A stretch of DNA of 32,000 nucleotides from Candidatus Electronema halotolerans (GCA_942493095.1 OW818675.1:2460001-2492000); one strand, 5' to 3'. Positions 1 through 8,391 are shown, counted from the stretch's first letter. The notes: generated by a model from the letters alone, not told the origin. Numbers and translations: made by a program.

Positions 1-1303
1 ACTTGAGCGGCACAATGCGGCCATTGACCCGCGCCCCGTTGCAGCGGTCGCCAATCGAAGTGTGGATGGCGTAGGCAAAGTCTATGGGCGTGGAGCCACG
101 CGGCATGTCGCGCACCTCGCCTGCCGGGGTCAGGGCATAGACATCCGGGTCATACAGCTCGCCCCGGACAGAGTCCAGGAACTCGACCGAGTCCTCCACT
201 TCCTGCAAGCCTTGGACCAGCTTTTTCAATTCCTGAAACAGATGCGCGTCGCTCTTGCTGATCTTCTGGCCCGCCTTGTAGGCCCAGTGGGCAGCCACAC
301 CTTCCTGGGCCACCTCATCCATCTCCTGCGTGCGGATCTGAATTTCCATGAAATGGCCGCCCGGCCCAGCCACCGTGGTGTGCAGGGACTGGTAGTTGTT
401 CTGCTTGGGCGCGGAGATGAAGTCCTTGATCCGGCCCTGCACCGGAGTCCAGCTGCCGTGGATGGTGCCCAAGGATTGGTAGCATTCCCGAACTGTTCTG
501 ACAATGATGCGGAAAGCCACCTTGTCATAGACCTGCTCAATCGGGATGTTCTGGACCACCAGCTTCTTGTAGATCGAATAGAGATGCTTGGGCCGGCCCA
601 AGACCCGCAGCGGAGTGATGCCGTTCGCCTTGAGATTGGCGCGGAGGATTGCTATCACTTCCTCGACATACTGTTCCCGCTCGCCGATGGTGCTTTCTAT
701 GTGCTTGGTCAGGGACTCGTATTCTGCTGGGAAGAGATGCTGAAAGGAGAGGTCTTCGAGCTGCCGCTTGAGCCAGTCAATGCCGAGGCGGCTGGCAAGC
801 GGCGCGTACAGATCCATAGTCTCGCGGGCTATCTGCCGCTGCCGCGTCGTGTCTGAGCAGTGCAGATGGAGCATGTCATGGAGGCGGTCGGCCAGCCGGA
901 CCAGCAGGACGCGGATGTCCGCGCTCATGGCCAGAAAGAGGCGGCGGATGTTCTCAGCCTGATGGGTCAGGCTGGAGTCATAGCGGACATGGATGATTTT
1001 GGTCGCGCCGCTGACAACGCCCGCCACATCAGGGCCGAAGCGTTGCTCCAGCTCCTCGGCGGTGGCGGCGTTCTCCTTGATCATACCATGCAGCAGGCCG
1101 GCGATGATCGAGACCAGATCAAGGCGCATTGAAGCCAAGGTGGTGGCCACGTCGAGCAGATGCCGGGTGTACGGCTCGCCGGAAGGATGAAGTCGCCCCT
1201 TGTGCCGCTCGCAGGCGAACTGATACGCTTCCTGGAGCGGACTGAGATCAACCTCGTGGAGATAGCTGCGGGCCACTGAAAGCAGCCCTTGGAAATCAGG
1301 CAT
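1..1303 (-). CDS. relA: RelA/SpoT-family (p)ppGpp synthetase, partial (C-terminal part lies beyond the left window edge)
   Basis: It is missing from the ORF track because it runs off the edge. Manual minus-strand translation from the ATG at 1303-1301 gives MPDFQGLLSVARSYLHEVDLSPLQEAYQFACERHKGRLHPSGEPYTRHLLDVA... Synthetase motifs are present: RPKHLYSIYKKL, DKVAFRIIV, QNNYQSLHTTV, EIQIRTQEMD. A TGS-like stretch (VYALTPAGEVRDMPRGSTPIDFAYAIHTSIG) lies at the edge. Confidence 0.9.
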   Translation of the reverse strand, partial: MPDFQGLLSVARSYLHEVDLSPLQEAYQFACERHKGRLHPSGEPYTRHLLDVATTLASMRLDLVSIIAGLLHGMIKENAATAEELEQRFGPDVAGVVSGATKIIHVRYDSSLTHQAENIRRLFLAMSADIRVLLVRLADRLHDMLHLHCSDTTRQRQIARETMDLYAPLASRLGIDWLKRQLEDLSFQHLFPAEYESLTKHIESTIGEREQYVEEVIAILRANLKANGITPLRVLGRPKHLYSIYKKLVVQNIPIEQVYDKVAFRIIVRTVRECYQSLGTIHGSWTPVQGRIKDFISAPKQNNYQSLHTTVAGPGGHFMEIQIRTQEMDEVAQEGVAAHWAYKAGQKISKSDAHLFQELKKLVQGLQEVEDSVEFLDSVRGELYDPDVYALTPAGEVRDMPRGSTPIDFAYAIHTSIGDRCNGARVNGRIVPLK

Positions 1304-1711
1304 GGTATTCTGCAAAGGCGGGCGCACCCTGCCGCTGCTGGCAGCTTGCCGCCGCAGCGTTCAGGATGGTCAGGAACTGATATCCTTGATCAAGAGTAAA
1401 GTTCGCCCTGTCGGTCATCGTGCAGGGAAAACAGAGGATTCTAAAAGACTGCCGACTTATCGCCGCTGGAGGGCAGGCCGGGCGGAAAGCACCGCGCTGT
1501 CAGAGTAGGCCGGGACGCTGCTTTTGTCAAGCATATCCTGCGGCAGGCCGTTTTTACATCTGGAATGATCGGTACGATCTTCAGCGCATGGTCTGCACAG
1601 CTTGAAAGCGGCGGGAGGAAGCGGGAGCGTTTTTACTGCGGGGGCGGCAAAGAGCCAATAGATTGCTGCACTTTCTCTGTTAACATGGGTTCTTTGCCCA
1701 GGCGGAAGCCA

Positions 1712-1788
1712 GCCGCCGCCTCAAACCCAGCAAAGCTCGGCTGCCGCAGCAGTTTCAGCAGGAATGAGCCTGCTGCTGCCGTGTTCAC
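1712..1788 (-). pseudogene. Orphan copy of the 3' end of hoxW (hydrogenase maturation protease), fragment only
   Basis: This is a 77-nt ungapped match to 2677-2753 in the same orientation, 67/77 identical when counted by hand. The minus-strand reading ..VNTAAAGSFLLKLLRQPSFAGFEAAAG.. matches the HoxW C-terminus ..ENTAAAGTFVLELLRQPSFAKFEAAAV.. An in-frame stop lies just upstream, and there is no start codon or protease body. Confidence 0.8.
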
Positions 1789-1828
1789 CGCGCTCTTACC
1801 GCGTTGTTAAACTCGAATTGAACAGATT

Positions 1829-2599
1829 TCAATAGACTTCTGGGACGTAATTCAGCTCGGAAACCGTGGTGGGTTGAACGATATCTTTCGCGTGCAATTT
1901 TGGCAACTTGATCGGCGGCTGCATTTCAAAGTGATAGGGAATTTTACCCAAGAGATGCGTGATGCAATTCAGCCTCGATTTCTTTTTGTGGTTGGCATCC
2001 ACAATATGCCAAGGGGATTGCGTGGTGTCAGTTTGTTGAAACATAGCGTCACGAGCCGCAAGATACTCTTGACGTTTTTCTCGAGATTCCAAGTCTGTTT
2101 TGCTGAATTTCCAGCGCTTCAACGGATTGCTGACACGCTCTTTGAAACGCTTTTCTTGCGTTTCATCGCTGATCTCAAGCCAATATTTGATCAGGACAAT
2201 TCCTGAACGGATCATCATCATTTCAAACTCTGGGCACGAATGCAGAAATTCTTGGTACTCTGCTTCCGAACAAAATCCGAGAACCTTTTCCACGCCAGCC
2301 CTGTTGTACCAGCTCCTGTCAAAAAGAACAATTTCTCCTGCCGCAGGCAACTGTTGCACGTATCGCTGAAAGTACCACTGACTTTTTTCCCTTTCCGTCG
2401 GCACACCAAGCGCGACGATCTTACAGAACCTTCCGTTGAGCCGGTGCGTGATCCGTCGTATGATGCCGCCTTTTCCAGCAGCATCCCGTCCTTCAAAAAC
2501 GACCACGACCCGCTTTCTTTCTTGTTTGACCCACTCTTGGAGCTTAATCAGCTCGACCTGCAATTTTTCCAGTTCATTTTCATACTTTGTACGATTCAT
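1829..2599 (-). CDS. ppk2: Polyphosphate kinase 2 (PPK2 family)
   Basis: The product MNRTKYENELEKLQVELIKLQEWVKQERKRVVVVFEGRDAAGKGG... (Walker A-like GRDAAGKGG) ...LFDRSWYNRAGVE... is typical of single-domain PPK2. I chose the internal ATG at 2599, which has a GAGGA 7 nt upstream, over the track start at 2698, which would overlap hoxW. The gene is visibly more A/T-rich than its neighbours. Confidence 0.88.
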   Translation of the reverse strand: MNRTKYENELEKLQVELIKLQEWVKQERKRVVVVFEGRDAAGKGGIIRRITHRLNGRFCKIVALGVPTEREKSQWYFQRYVQQLPAAGEIVLFDRSWYNRAGVEKVLGFCSEAEYQEFLHSCPEFEMMMIRSGIVLIKYWLEISDETQEKRFKERVSNPLKRWKFSKTDLESREKRQEYLAARDAMFQQTDTTQSPWHIVDANHKKKSRLNCITHLLGKIPYHFEMQPPIKLPKLHAKDIVQPTTVSELNYVPEVY

Positions 2600-2660
2600 T
2601 CTGTTTCCTCTGGAAGACTTTATTTTCTTGAACTTGGGCGCATGCCAGCCAAGCAGGACA

Positions 2661-3143
2661 TCAGACCTGCGCAACTGCCGCCGCCTCAAACTTGGCAAAG
2701 CTCGGCTGCCGCAGCAATTCCAGCACGAATGTGCCAGCCGCTGCCGTGTTCTCTACCCCAGCAGCACTCAGCCCCTCGCGCAGGTTGTAGGCAGCCCCGC
2801 CGATCTCCAGCAGATAGACTGGCGGCACCGTTTGATAGAGCTGGAGACAGAGAGCCAGCACAGACTCCGGCGGCATGGCATGAGTGGTGAAGGAGACGCT
2901 GGCGGCTGGCTCCAGGCGACTGAAACGAAACTGACCAACCGCATTTCTGGAGGCATCGGCAAAAACGACAAGGTCATGCTCGCGCAGGAGCAGGGCATCC
3001 TCAATATTGAGCTGATAATTGCTGTCCACGGTCACGCCGGGCAGAGCCGCTGCCCTGACCTGCTCGGCCAAGGCAACGCCTGCACCGTCGTCTTCCCGGC
3101 CCGGATTGCCAAAGCCGTATATGAGAATGGAGGCGGGCTTCAC
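2661..3143 (-). CDS. hoxW: [NiFe] hydrogenase maturation endopeptidase (HoxW/HyaD family)
   Basis: MKPASILIYGFGNPGREDDGAGVALAE.. carries the GxGNxxxxDDGxG protease signature. Its GTG start overlaps the hoxH stop (GTGA). Confidence 0.88.
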   Translation of the reverse strand: MKPASILIYGFGNPGREDDGAGVALAEQVRAAALPGVTVDSNYQLNIEDALLLREHDLVVFADASRNAVGQFRFSRLEPAASVSFTTHAMPPESVLALCLQLYQTVPPVYLLEIGGAAYNLREGLSAAGVENTAAAGTFVLELLRQPSFAKFEAAAVAQV

Positions 3144-4606
3144 ATGTTCTTCCGCCGCTGATCCAGCACTGCGCCGGCAGCATCGTGCAGGGTGATCTCA
3201 AGGGGCATCTGACCAATGGCATGGGTGGCGCAGCTCAGGCAGGGGTCATAAGCCCGGATGGCGACCTCCACCGCGTTCATCATTGGCTCGGTGATTTCCG
3301 CCTTGCCGTTCATCTGATCCACTGCTGCACAATGCACCGCCTGATTCATCGGTTCATTGTTGTTGGTGGTCGAGACGATGAGATTGCACATCTTGATCAG
3401 GTTGTCCTCGCCGACCCGGTAATGGTGGAACAGGGTGCCACGCGGTGCCTCAATAATGCCGATGCCCTCCTCGCGTCGTTCGCCCTTAGTGACCAGCTCC
3501 CCGCTTTGCAGATCAGGATCATGAAGCAGGTCGCGCATCACTTCTGCTGCGTGCAGGGTCTCAATCAACCTGGCCCAATGATAGTGCATGGTCCTGTTGT
3601 TTGGCTTGCCGGAGCTGTAGGCCCGGAACTGCTCAAAAGCTTGCTGCGCCTTGGGACTGGGAATGAAATCGCAGACATTAAGGCGCGCCAGCGGCCCGAC
3701 CCGGTACCAGCCCTGTTCCTTGCCCAGTTGCTTGATGAACGGGAACTTCATATAGCTCCACGAGCGCACCTCTTCCGCGACAATATCCAGATATTCCTGA
3801 TTGTCAACATCATCAACAATCCGGTTCCCTGTCGAATCCACAGCCCGGATTACGCCGTGATAGAGATCAAGGGCACCGTCCTTGCGGACTATGGAAAGAT
3901 GATTTGAAGGGAAGGCGGCAAAGCTGTCCAAAAAAGCGGCATTCTTTTGGTGATGATCAAGCAGCAGGGCAATGGCTGCTTCGGCCCATTCGATCATCTT
4001 GCTGATGCTCAAATCAGGGTTGCCGCCAATGCCATTAACAAAGGCATCTCGCTCCTCACTTGAAAGGTGCTTGTTGATGCCGCCGGGAATAGCCCCAGTG
4101 CCGTGAATCTTCTTGCCAGCCGTTGCCGCAATGATCTCCTGCCCGTACTTGCGCATGAGAATGGCCTGCCGAGCCAGCTCAGGATGCTGGATGGCAATGT
4201 TGACCACATTGCGGACAGTCGGATCAGCATCAATGCCAAAGAGCAGATCAGGTGAGGCCAAGTGGAAGAAATGGAGGACGTGTGACTGAAATATCTGGCC
4301 GTAGTGCATGAGCCGCCGCATTTTCTCGCCCGTCGGGGTGAGGCCGTGGCCGGTGCCAGCTCCAACCACTACATCCATAGCCTTGGCCGCCGCCAGATGA
4401 TGGCTGACCGGACAGATACCGCAGAGCCGTTGCACTAAAACCGGTGCTTCCCAATAAGGCCGCCCGCAGACAAAGCGTTCAAAGCCCCGGAACTCAACAA
4501 TATGGAGTCTGCTCTGGACAACGTTGCAGTTGTCGTCCAAATGAATGGTCACTTTGCCGTGCCCTTCAACTCTGGTCACTGGCTCAATGGTGATTTTTTG
4601 CGCCAT
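3140..4606 (-). CDS. hoxH: NAD-linked bidirectional [NiFe] hydrogenase large subunit (group 3d, HoxH)
   Basis: N-terminal RVEGHG and the RLCGICPVSHH motif are present, along with the C-terminal DPCLSCATH Ni-Fe ligand motif. AGGAGA lies upstream of the ATG at 4606. Confidence 0.93.
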   Translation of the reverse strand: MAQKITIEPVTRVEGHGKVTIHLDDNCNVVQSRLHIVEFRGFERFVCGRPYWEAPVLVQRLCGICPVSHHLAAAKAMDVVVGAGTGHGLTPTGEKMRRLMHYGQIFQSHVLHFFHLASPDLLFGIDADPTVRNVVNIAIQHPELARQAILMRKYGQEIIAATAGKKIHGTGAIPGGINKHLSSEERDAFVNGIGGNPDLSISKMIEWAEAAIALLLDHHQKNAAFLDSFAAFPSNHLSIVRKDGALDLYHGVIRAVDSTGNRIVDDVDNQEYLDIVAEEVRSWSYMKFPFIKQLGKEQGWYRVGPLARLNVCDFIPSPKAQQAFEQFRAYSSGKPNNRTMHYHWARLIETLHAAEVMRDLLHDPDLQSGELVTKGERREEGIGIIEAPRGTLFHHYRVGEDNLIKMCNLIVSTTNNNEPMNQAVHCAAVDQMNGKAEITEPMMNAVEVAIRAYDPCLSCATHAIGQMPLEITLHDAAGAVLDQRRKNM

Positions 4607-4623
4607 GATGGAAGATTCTCCTC

Positions 4624-5175
4624 TTAATCGAATTTCACTGTCTCGTAAGGCAGTTCCAAGGCCGTGCCAGTCACCAGCGCAGAAAGCGCGTTCCAGATCA
4701 GCTCGGCACGGGGCGGGCAGCCAGGCAGGAAATAGTCTATCTTGACGATTTCATGACAGGGATAGACCCGGTTGAGGAGCATGGGCAATTCGTCGTCATT
4801 CGGCAGAATGCGCTCCGGGTTGACTTCGGCAGTGGTCGGCGCATGAAGATAGGCTTCCTCCAAGCACTCGCGGATAGGAATATTGTTGCGCATGGCTGGC
4901 AGGCCGCCCATGATCGCGCATTCACCAACTGCAACCAAGATGCGGCAATGCTTGCGGAATGCTTTCAGCACCTCAACATTCTCGCTATTGCAACAGCCGC
5001 CTTCAATCAGGCCAATGTCGCAGGGTTTGGTAAAGGTCTTGATGTCATTGATTGGCGACTTGTTGAACTCAACCAGCTCAATCAAATCAACCAGCCGCTC
5101 GTCAATGTCCAAGAACGACATGTGGCAGCCAAAGCAGCCAGCCAAGGATGCCGTGGCAATCACTGGTTTGCTCAT
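4624..5175 (-). CDS. hoxY: [NiFe] hydrogenase small subunit (HoxY)
   Basis: MSKPVIATASLAGCFGCHMSFLDIDE.. matches the short group-3 small subunit with its proximal-cluster cysteines. The start overlaps the hoxU stop (ATGA). Confidence 0.9.
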   Translation of the reverse strand: MSKPVIATASLAGCFGCHMSFLDIDERLVDLIELVEFNKSPINDIKTFTKPCDIGLIEGGCCNSENVEVLKAFRKHCRILVAVGECAIMGGLPAMRNNIPIRECLEEAYLHAPTTAEVNPERILPNDDELPMLLNRVYPCHEIVKIDYFLPGCPPRAELIWNALSALVTGTALELPYETVKFD

Positions 5176-5873
5176 GAATTCCTCCCGATCTCGCTGCCAA
5201 TGGGTTGATGGTCGTATTTGCGCTGGCCGATAGGGGTATCAAAACCTTTTTCCTTTCTGAGGATCGCCCCGACTGGACAGATGTCCATAGCTTGCTGGGC
5301 CAACTCATCCGAGATGGTCGCTGCCAAGGCCGTGTCAATCTTGATCGAGGTCTTGTTGCCCCGGTTGGTGAAGGCGAAGAGCGGCTTGCCGTCTTCGGTG
5401 CGGATAGCTTGAACGCAGCGGCGGCAGAGGACGCAGCGGTTGTGCTCCAGCATCAGCTTAGGCGGGGCAGCATGAATCTGCCGCTGGGCAAAGCTGTAGT
5501 CAAAACGGGGCACCAGCATCTGGAAGCGGTAGGCAAGGGCTTGCAGATCGCAGTTGCCGCTTTTTTCGCAGGCCGGGCAGAAGTGGTTGCCCTCAACAAA
5601 GAGCATCTCGACAATGGTCTTGCGCAGCTCGTTCAGCTCCGGCGTGTCATTCTCCACCACGCTGCCCTGCATGATTGTCGTTGTGCAGGCGGAAGCAGTT
5701 CGGCCATTGACCTTGACCGTGCAGATACGGCAAGTTCCCGGCGCGAGCAAATCATGCATATAGCACAAGGTCGGGATGTACACCCCGTTCTGCTTGGCAG
5801 CCTGCACGATGCTTTGTCCTTGCCGTCCTGTTATTTCCTGACCGTCAATGGTGAACGTAACTTTTTCTCTCAT
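5172..5873 (-). CDS. hoxU: Diaphorase iron-sulfur subunit (HoxU, NuoG N-terminal-like)
   Basis: It has a 2Fe-2S ferredoxin-like N-terminus (TLCYMHDLLAPGTCRICTV) followed by 4Fe-4S Cys clusters (CPACEKSGNC; CVLCRRCV; CPVGA). The start overlaps the hoxF stop (ATGA). Confidence 0.9.
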   Translation of the reverse strand: MREKVTFTIDGQEITGRQGQSIVQAAKQNGVYIPTLCYMHDLLAPGTCRICTVKVNGRTASACTTTIMQGSVVENDTPELNELRKTIVEMLFVEGNHFCPACEKSGNCDLQALAYRFQMLVPRFDYSFAQRQIHAAPPKLMLEHNRCVLCRRCVQAIRTEDGKPLFAFTNRGNKTSIKIDTALAATISDELAQQAMDICPVGAILRKEKGFDTPIGQRKYDHQPIGSEIGRNS

Positions 5874-7675
5874 AGCGCATGTTCCTGTTTGAGGTTAGGC
5901 GTTCTGCCGACACAGGCGCAGGATTCCTGCACTGCCGCTGCCAGATCAAAACGCGGCAGGATATCGCTCGGCTCCGGCAGCAAGGAGTGATACAGCTCCG
6001 GGAAGCTCGCCAACGAAGTGAGTACCGGGTTGGCAGCAGTCTGGCCAAGGCCGCATTTGTTGGCCTTTTTCATCACTGCGCCCAGCTCGCGCAGCACAGT
6101 CAAGTCCTCTGCCGTGCCTTGCCTGTTCCTGATCCGCCGCAGCGTCTTGCCCATGATGACCGTGCCCATCCGGCAGGGCGCGCAGGAACCGCAGGACTCA
6201 TCAATGAAAAAGTCCATAAAGTTCTGCATGATTGCGAGCAGATCGCGCTGCTTGCTGATGATAATCAGTGAACCAGCAGTGGCGCAGTCTTCAAAGGCAA
6301 TGACCGCATCCTGCTTGCTCGCACAGATGCAACGACCTGAAGGCCCGCCTGCTTGCACGGCTAACGGATCGAGGGCACCAGCCATATCCAACAGCTCGCC
6401 AATGGTCGTGCCGAACAGCACTTCATAGACCCCTGGCCGCTCGCAGTCACCGCAGATGGAGAGCACCTTGGTGCCCTTGGACTCAGCCGTGCCCATGCTG
6501 CTGAACCAGTCCGCGCCCTTGTCCATGATCTGGACGGCAGAGGCAAAGGTCTCGACGTTGTCAACCACAGTCGGAATGTCTAAATAGCCTTTTTCCACGG
6601 GGAAAGGCGGACGATTGCGCGGCTCGCCCCGCTTGCCTTCTGCCGACTCAATCAGGGCCGACTCTTCGCCGCAGACATAGGAACCCGCGCCAAGCTGAAT
6701 CCTGATATCAAAATCAAAGCCTGCCTGACCGGCAATATTCTTGCCCAGCAGATTGTCCGCCCGCATCTGTTCCAGCACCTGCTCCAGATAGGCTTCCAAA
6801 TAGCGGTATTCGGCCCGCAGATAAACAAGGCCGATGTCCGCGCCAATCGCCCGGCCGCAGATAATCATGCCCTCAAAAAGCAGATGCGGCACTTCTGTCA
6901 GCAGCACCCGGTCTTTGAACGTGCCTGGCTCACCCTCGTCCGCATTGGCGATCACACAGCGGCGCGGGCCTTGAGCCTTGGCGCAGAACTCCCATTTCAT
7001 GCCAGTGGGAAAACCTGCTCCGCCCCGTCCGCGCAGCTTGGACTGCTTCACCTCGCTGACAATATTCTCCGGCAGCATGGCCGCGCACTTGCGTACTGCC
7101 GCGCCTAGTTCATAGGCACCAAAACAGACTGGCCCGGTCTTGCGGATGTTGTTTCTGACCATAGTGCGGATGCGGGCATTATTGCCGTCGCCAAATTCTG
7201 TGACCATTGCTTCGACTGGCACATTCTGCCGCATCAGTTCAACTAACGCCGCAGCTTTGTCCGCAGTCAGGCAGGTGAAGACAACGCCGTTGATCAGGGC
7301 TGCAACCTCCTGATCATTCATGCCAATGTCTGCGGTGTAAAACAGACCGATCAGGCCGTCCTCAGTCACTGAGCCAAACGAGCAGCCTGCCGCCTGCTCA
7401 AAGGCCGCTGCGACTTCGGTACAGCCCATCATTTCAGCCACCGCGCTGTTGTTGAGATAGACCGTGTATTTCCCGCGTGAAGTCCGGGAAAAGAAGTGAT
7501 AAAAAGACATGGTCTGCTCAATGTCAGAACGGGCCAGACCGGTCTCCTGCCCGATCTGCTCAATGGCGGCCTCGCTGATCTGTCCGTCCAGCAGTTGCAC
7601 ATCATGGAGTATGTCCACGAGCCGGGTCGGGTCGTTGTGGTGTTTCGCCAGAATGGCGGCAAGCTCCTCAGGCAT
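5870..7675 (-). CDS. hoxF: Diaphorase NAD(H)/FMN-binding subunit (HoxF, NuoF-like with N-terminal NuoE-like domain)
   Basis: Motifs seen are GRGGAGFPTGMKWEF (FMN), ADEGEPGTFKDR and ESCGSCAPCRMGT (4Fe-4S). I chose the ATG at 7675 (MPEELAAIL..), preceded by AAGAGGAGCAAAC, over the track start at 7720. Confidence 0.9.
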   Translation of the reverse strand: MPEELAAILAKHHNDPTRLVDILHDVQLLDGQISEAAIEQIGQETGLARSDIEQTMSFYHFFSRTSRGKYTVYLNNSAVAEMMGCTEVAAAFEQAAGCSFGSVTEDGLIGLFYTADIGMNDQEVAALINGVVFTCLTADKAAALVELMRQNVPVEAMVTEFGDGNNARIRTMVRNNIRKTGPVCFGAYELGAAVRKCAAMLPENIVSEVKQSKLRGRGGAGFPTGMKWEFCAKAQGPRRCVIANADEGEPGTFKDRVLLTEVPHLLFEGMIICGRAIGADIGLVYLRAEYRYLEAYLEQVLEQMRADNLLGKNIAGQAGFDFDIRIQLGAGSYVCGEESALIESAEGKRGEPRNRPPFPVEKGYLDIPTVVDNVETFASAVQIMDKGADWFSSMGTAESKGTKVLSICGDCERPGVYEVLFGTTIGELLDMAGALDPLAVQAGGPSGRCICASKQDAVIAFEDCATAGSLIIISKQRDLLAIMQNFMDFFIDESCGSCAPCRMGTVIMGKTLRRIRNRQGTAEDLTVLRELGAVMKKANKCGLGQTAANPVLTSLASFPELYHSLLPEPSDILPRFDLAAAVQESCACVGRTPNLKQEHAL

Positions 7676-7795
7676 GTTTGCTCCTCTTTTCTTGGATTTC
7701 TGCCGATTCCCTGCTGTCACTTATACCAGAACTTCTCTTCTGATGTCGATGTCTTTTTCGGTGCAGGCTGTGTTGATGCAAGAGAGGAGGAGATT

Positions 7796-7936
7796 ATGAG
7801 CTGCGAGGAGAGGGAAAAGATTGCTCGGCAGAAGCGGTGCAGTGCTTCTGCCGGGTTTTGTTGTGCTGCAAAAGGGGGATGCTGCATCAGGAGGGAAAAG
7901 GATACGCAATGCGAAGCTGTCGTGATAGGCAGCTAA
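7796..7936 (+). CDS. Hypothetical small Cys-rich protein (46 aa)
   Basis: The ATG is preceded by GAGAGGAGGAGATT, a near-perfect SD at good spacing. The product is MSCEEREKIARQKRCSASAGFCCAAKGGCCIRREKDTQCEAVVIGS, with 7 Cys including two CC pairs. It is divergent from hoxF. I recognise no family. Confidence 0.35.
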   Translation: MSCEEREKIARQKRCSASAGFCCAAKGGCCIRREKDTQCEAVVIGS

Positions 7937-8007
7937 CGACATCGGTGGTCTATACACCACTCTTTCAAGGATGATACCAAGAGCACAGGGTACGGCATAC
8001 CTACTAC

Positions 8008-8391
8008 CTACTGTGCGGTTACAAGATAATTATGACCATAGTTGTTGTCCCAATACCAATTTGCCTGATCCAAGTTGTGATAAAAGACGGCAAAGCTGAA
8101 GGACGGCTTAAGGCGTGGTTCAGGATGAATATCAATCTTCTTAAGGAGTTCGAAGTCTCTTGTCTTCCAGACCTCAACCATATTTCCGCCACCAGTCAGA
8201 AGCGAATGGGAATACAAGGTGTATATTTTCCGCCAGATGCCGTCCACATTGATCAGGACACCTGCCTGTTTGTTGTAGGACAGATTATGTAACTGGATTG
8301 TTGCATCAAGATAATACTCAAACATCCCGGAGCCGCGGTCTGGATCCTCGATAACCTTGGCTGATGCAAGCATCACATTGAAACAGATCAT
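8008..8391 (-). CDS. Stand-alone CBM21-like (starch/glycogen-binding module) protein, hypothetical
   Basis: ..IQLHNLSYNKQAGVLINVDGIWRKIYTLYSHS..VEVWKTRDFEL..FSFAVFYHNLDQANWYWDNNYGHNYLV. From memory, this resembles the CBM21 pattern (V.NLA/Y.K.V.V....W...Y........W.F......EFA..Y...G..YWDNN.G.NY.V) of Rhizopus glucoamylase and the PP1 glycogen-targeting subunits. The gene is markedly A/T-rich. It lies 41 nt downstream of the HU-like gene on the same strand. Confidence 0.5.
   Translation of the reverse strand: MICFNVMLASAKVIEDPDRGSGMFEYYLDATIQLHNLSYNKQAGVLINVDGIWRKIYTLYSHSLLTGGGNMVEVWKTRDFELLKKIDIHPEPRLKPSFSFAVFYHNLDQANWYWDNNYGHNYLVTAQ

Noticed and set aside
62-856. 264-aa plus-strand ORF, plus several smaller ORFs at 226-1190
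   Set aside because: They lie antisense to a clear RelA/SpoT-family reading frame that runs off the window edge. Their Leu/Arg/His/Val-rich composition is typical of a shadow frame, and no motifs are recognisable.
1296-1418. 40-aa minus-strand ORF overlapping the relA start (MTDRANFTLDQGYQFLTILNAAAASCQQRQGAPAFAEYHA), considered as rpoZ because omega often precedes spoT/relA
   Set aside because: It is too short, shows no resemblance to the omega subunit N-terminus, and has no convincing RBS.
7796-7936. SCIFF-type (six cysteines in forty-five residues) radical-SAM-modified peptide
   Set aside because: The size and Cys count are superficially similar. However, the sequence does not resemble the SCIFF consensus as I recall it (C-terminal GGCGECQTSCQSACKTSC-like), and no maturase gene is adjacent. 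I kept it only as a generic Cys-rich small ORF.
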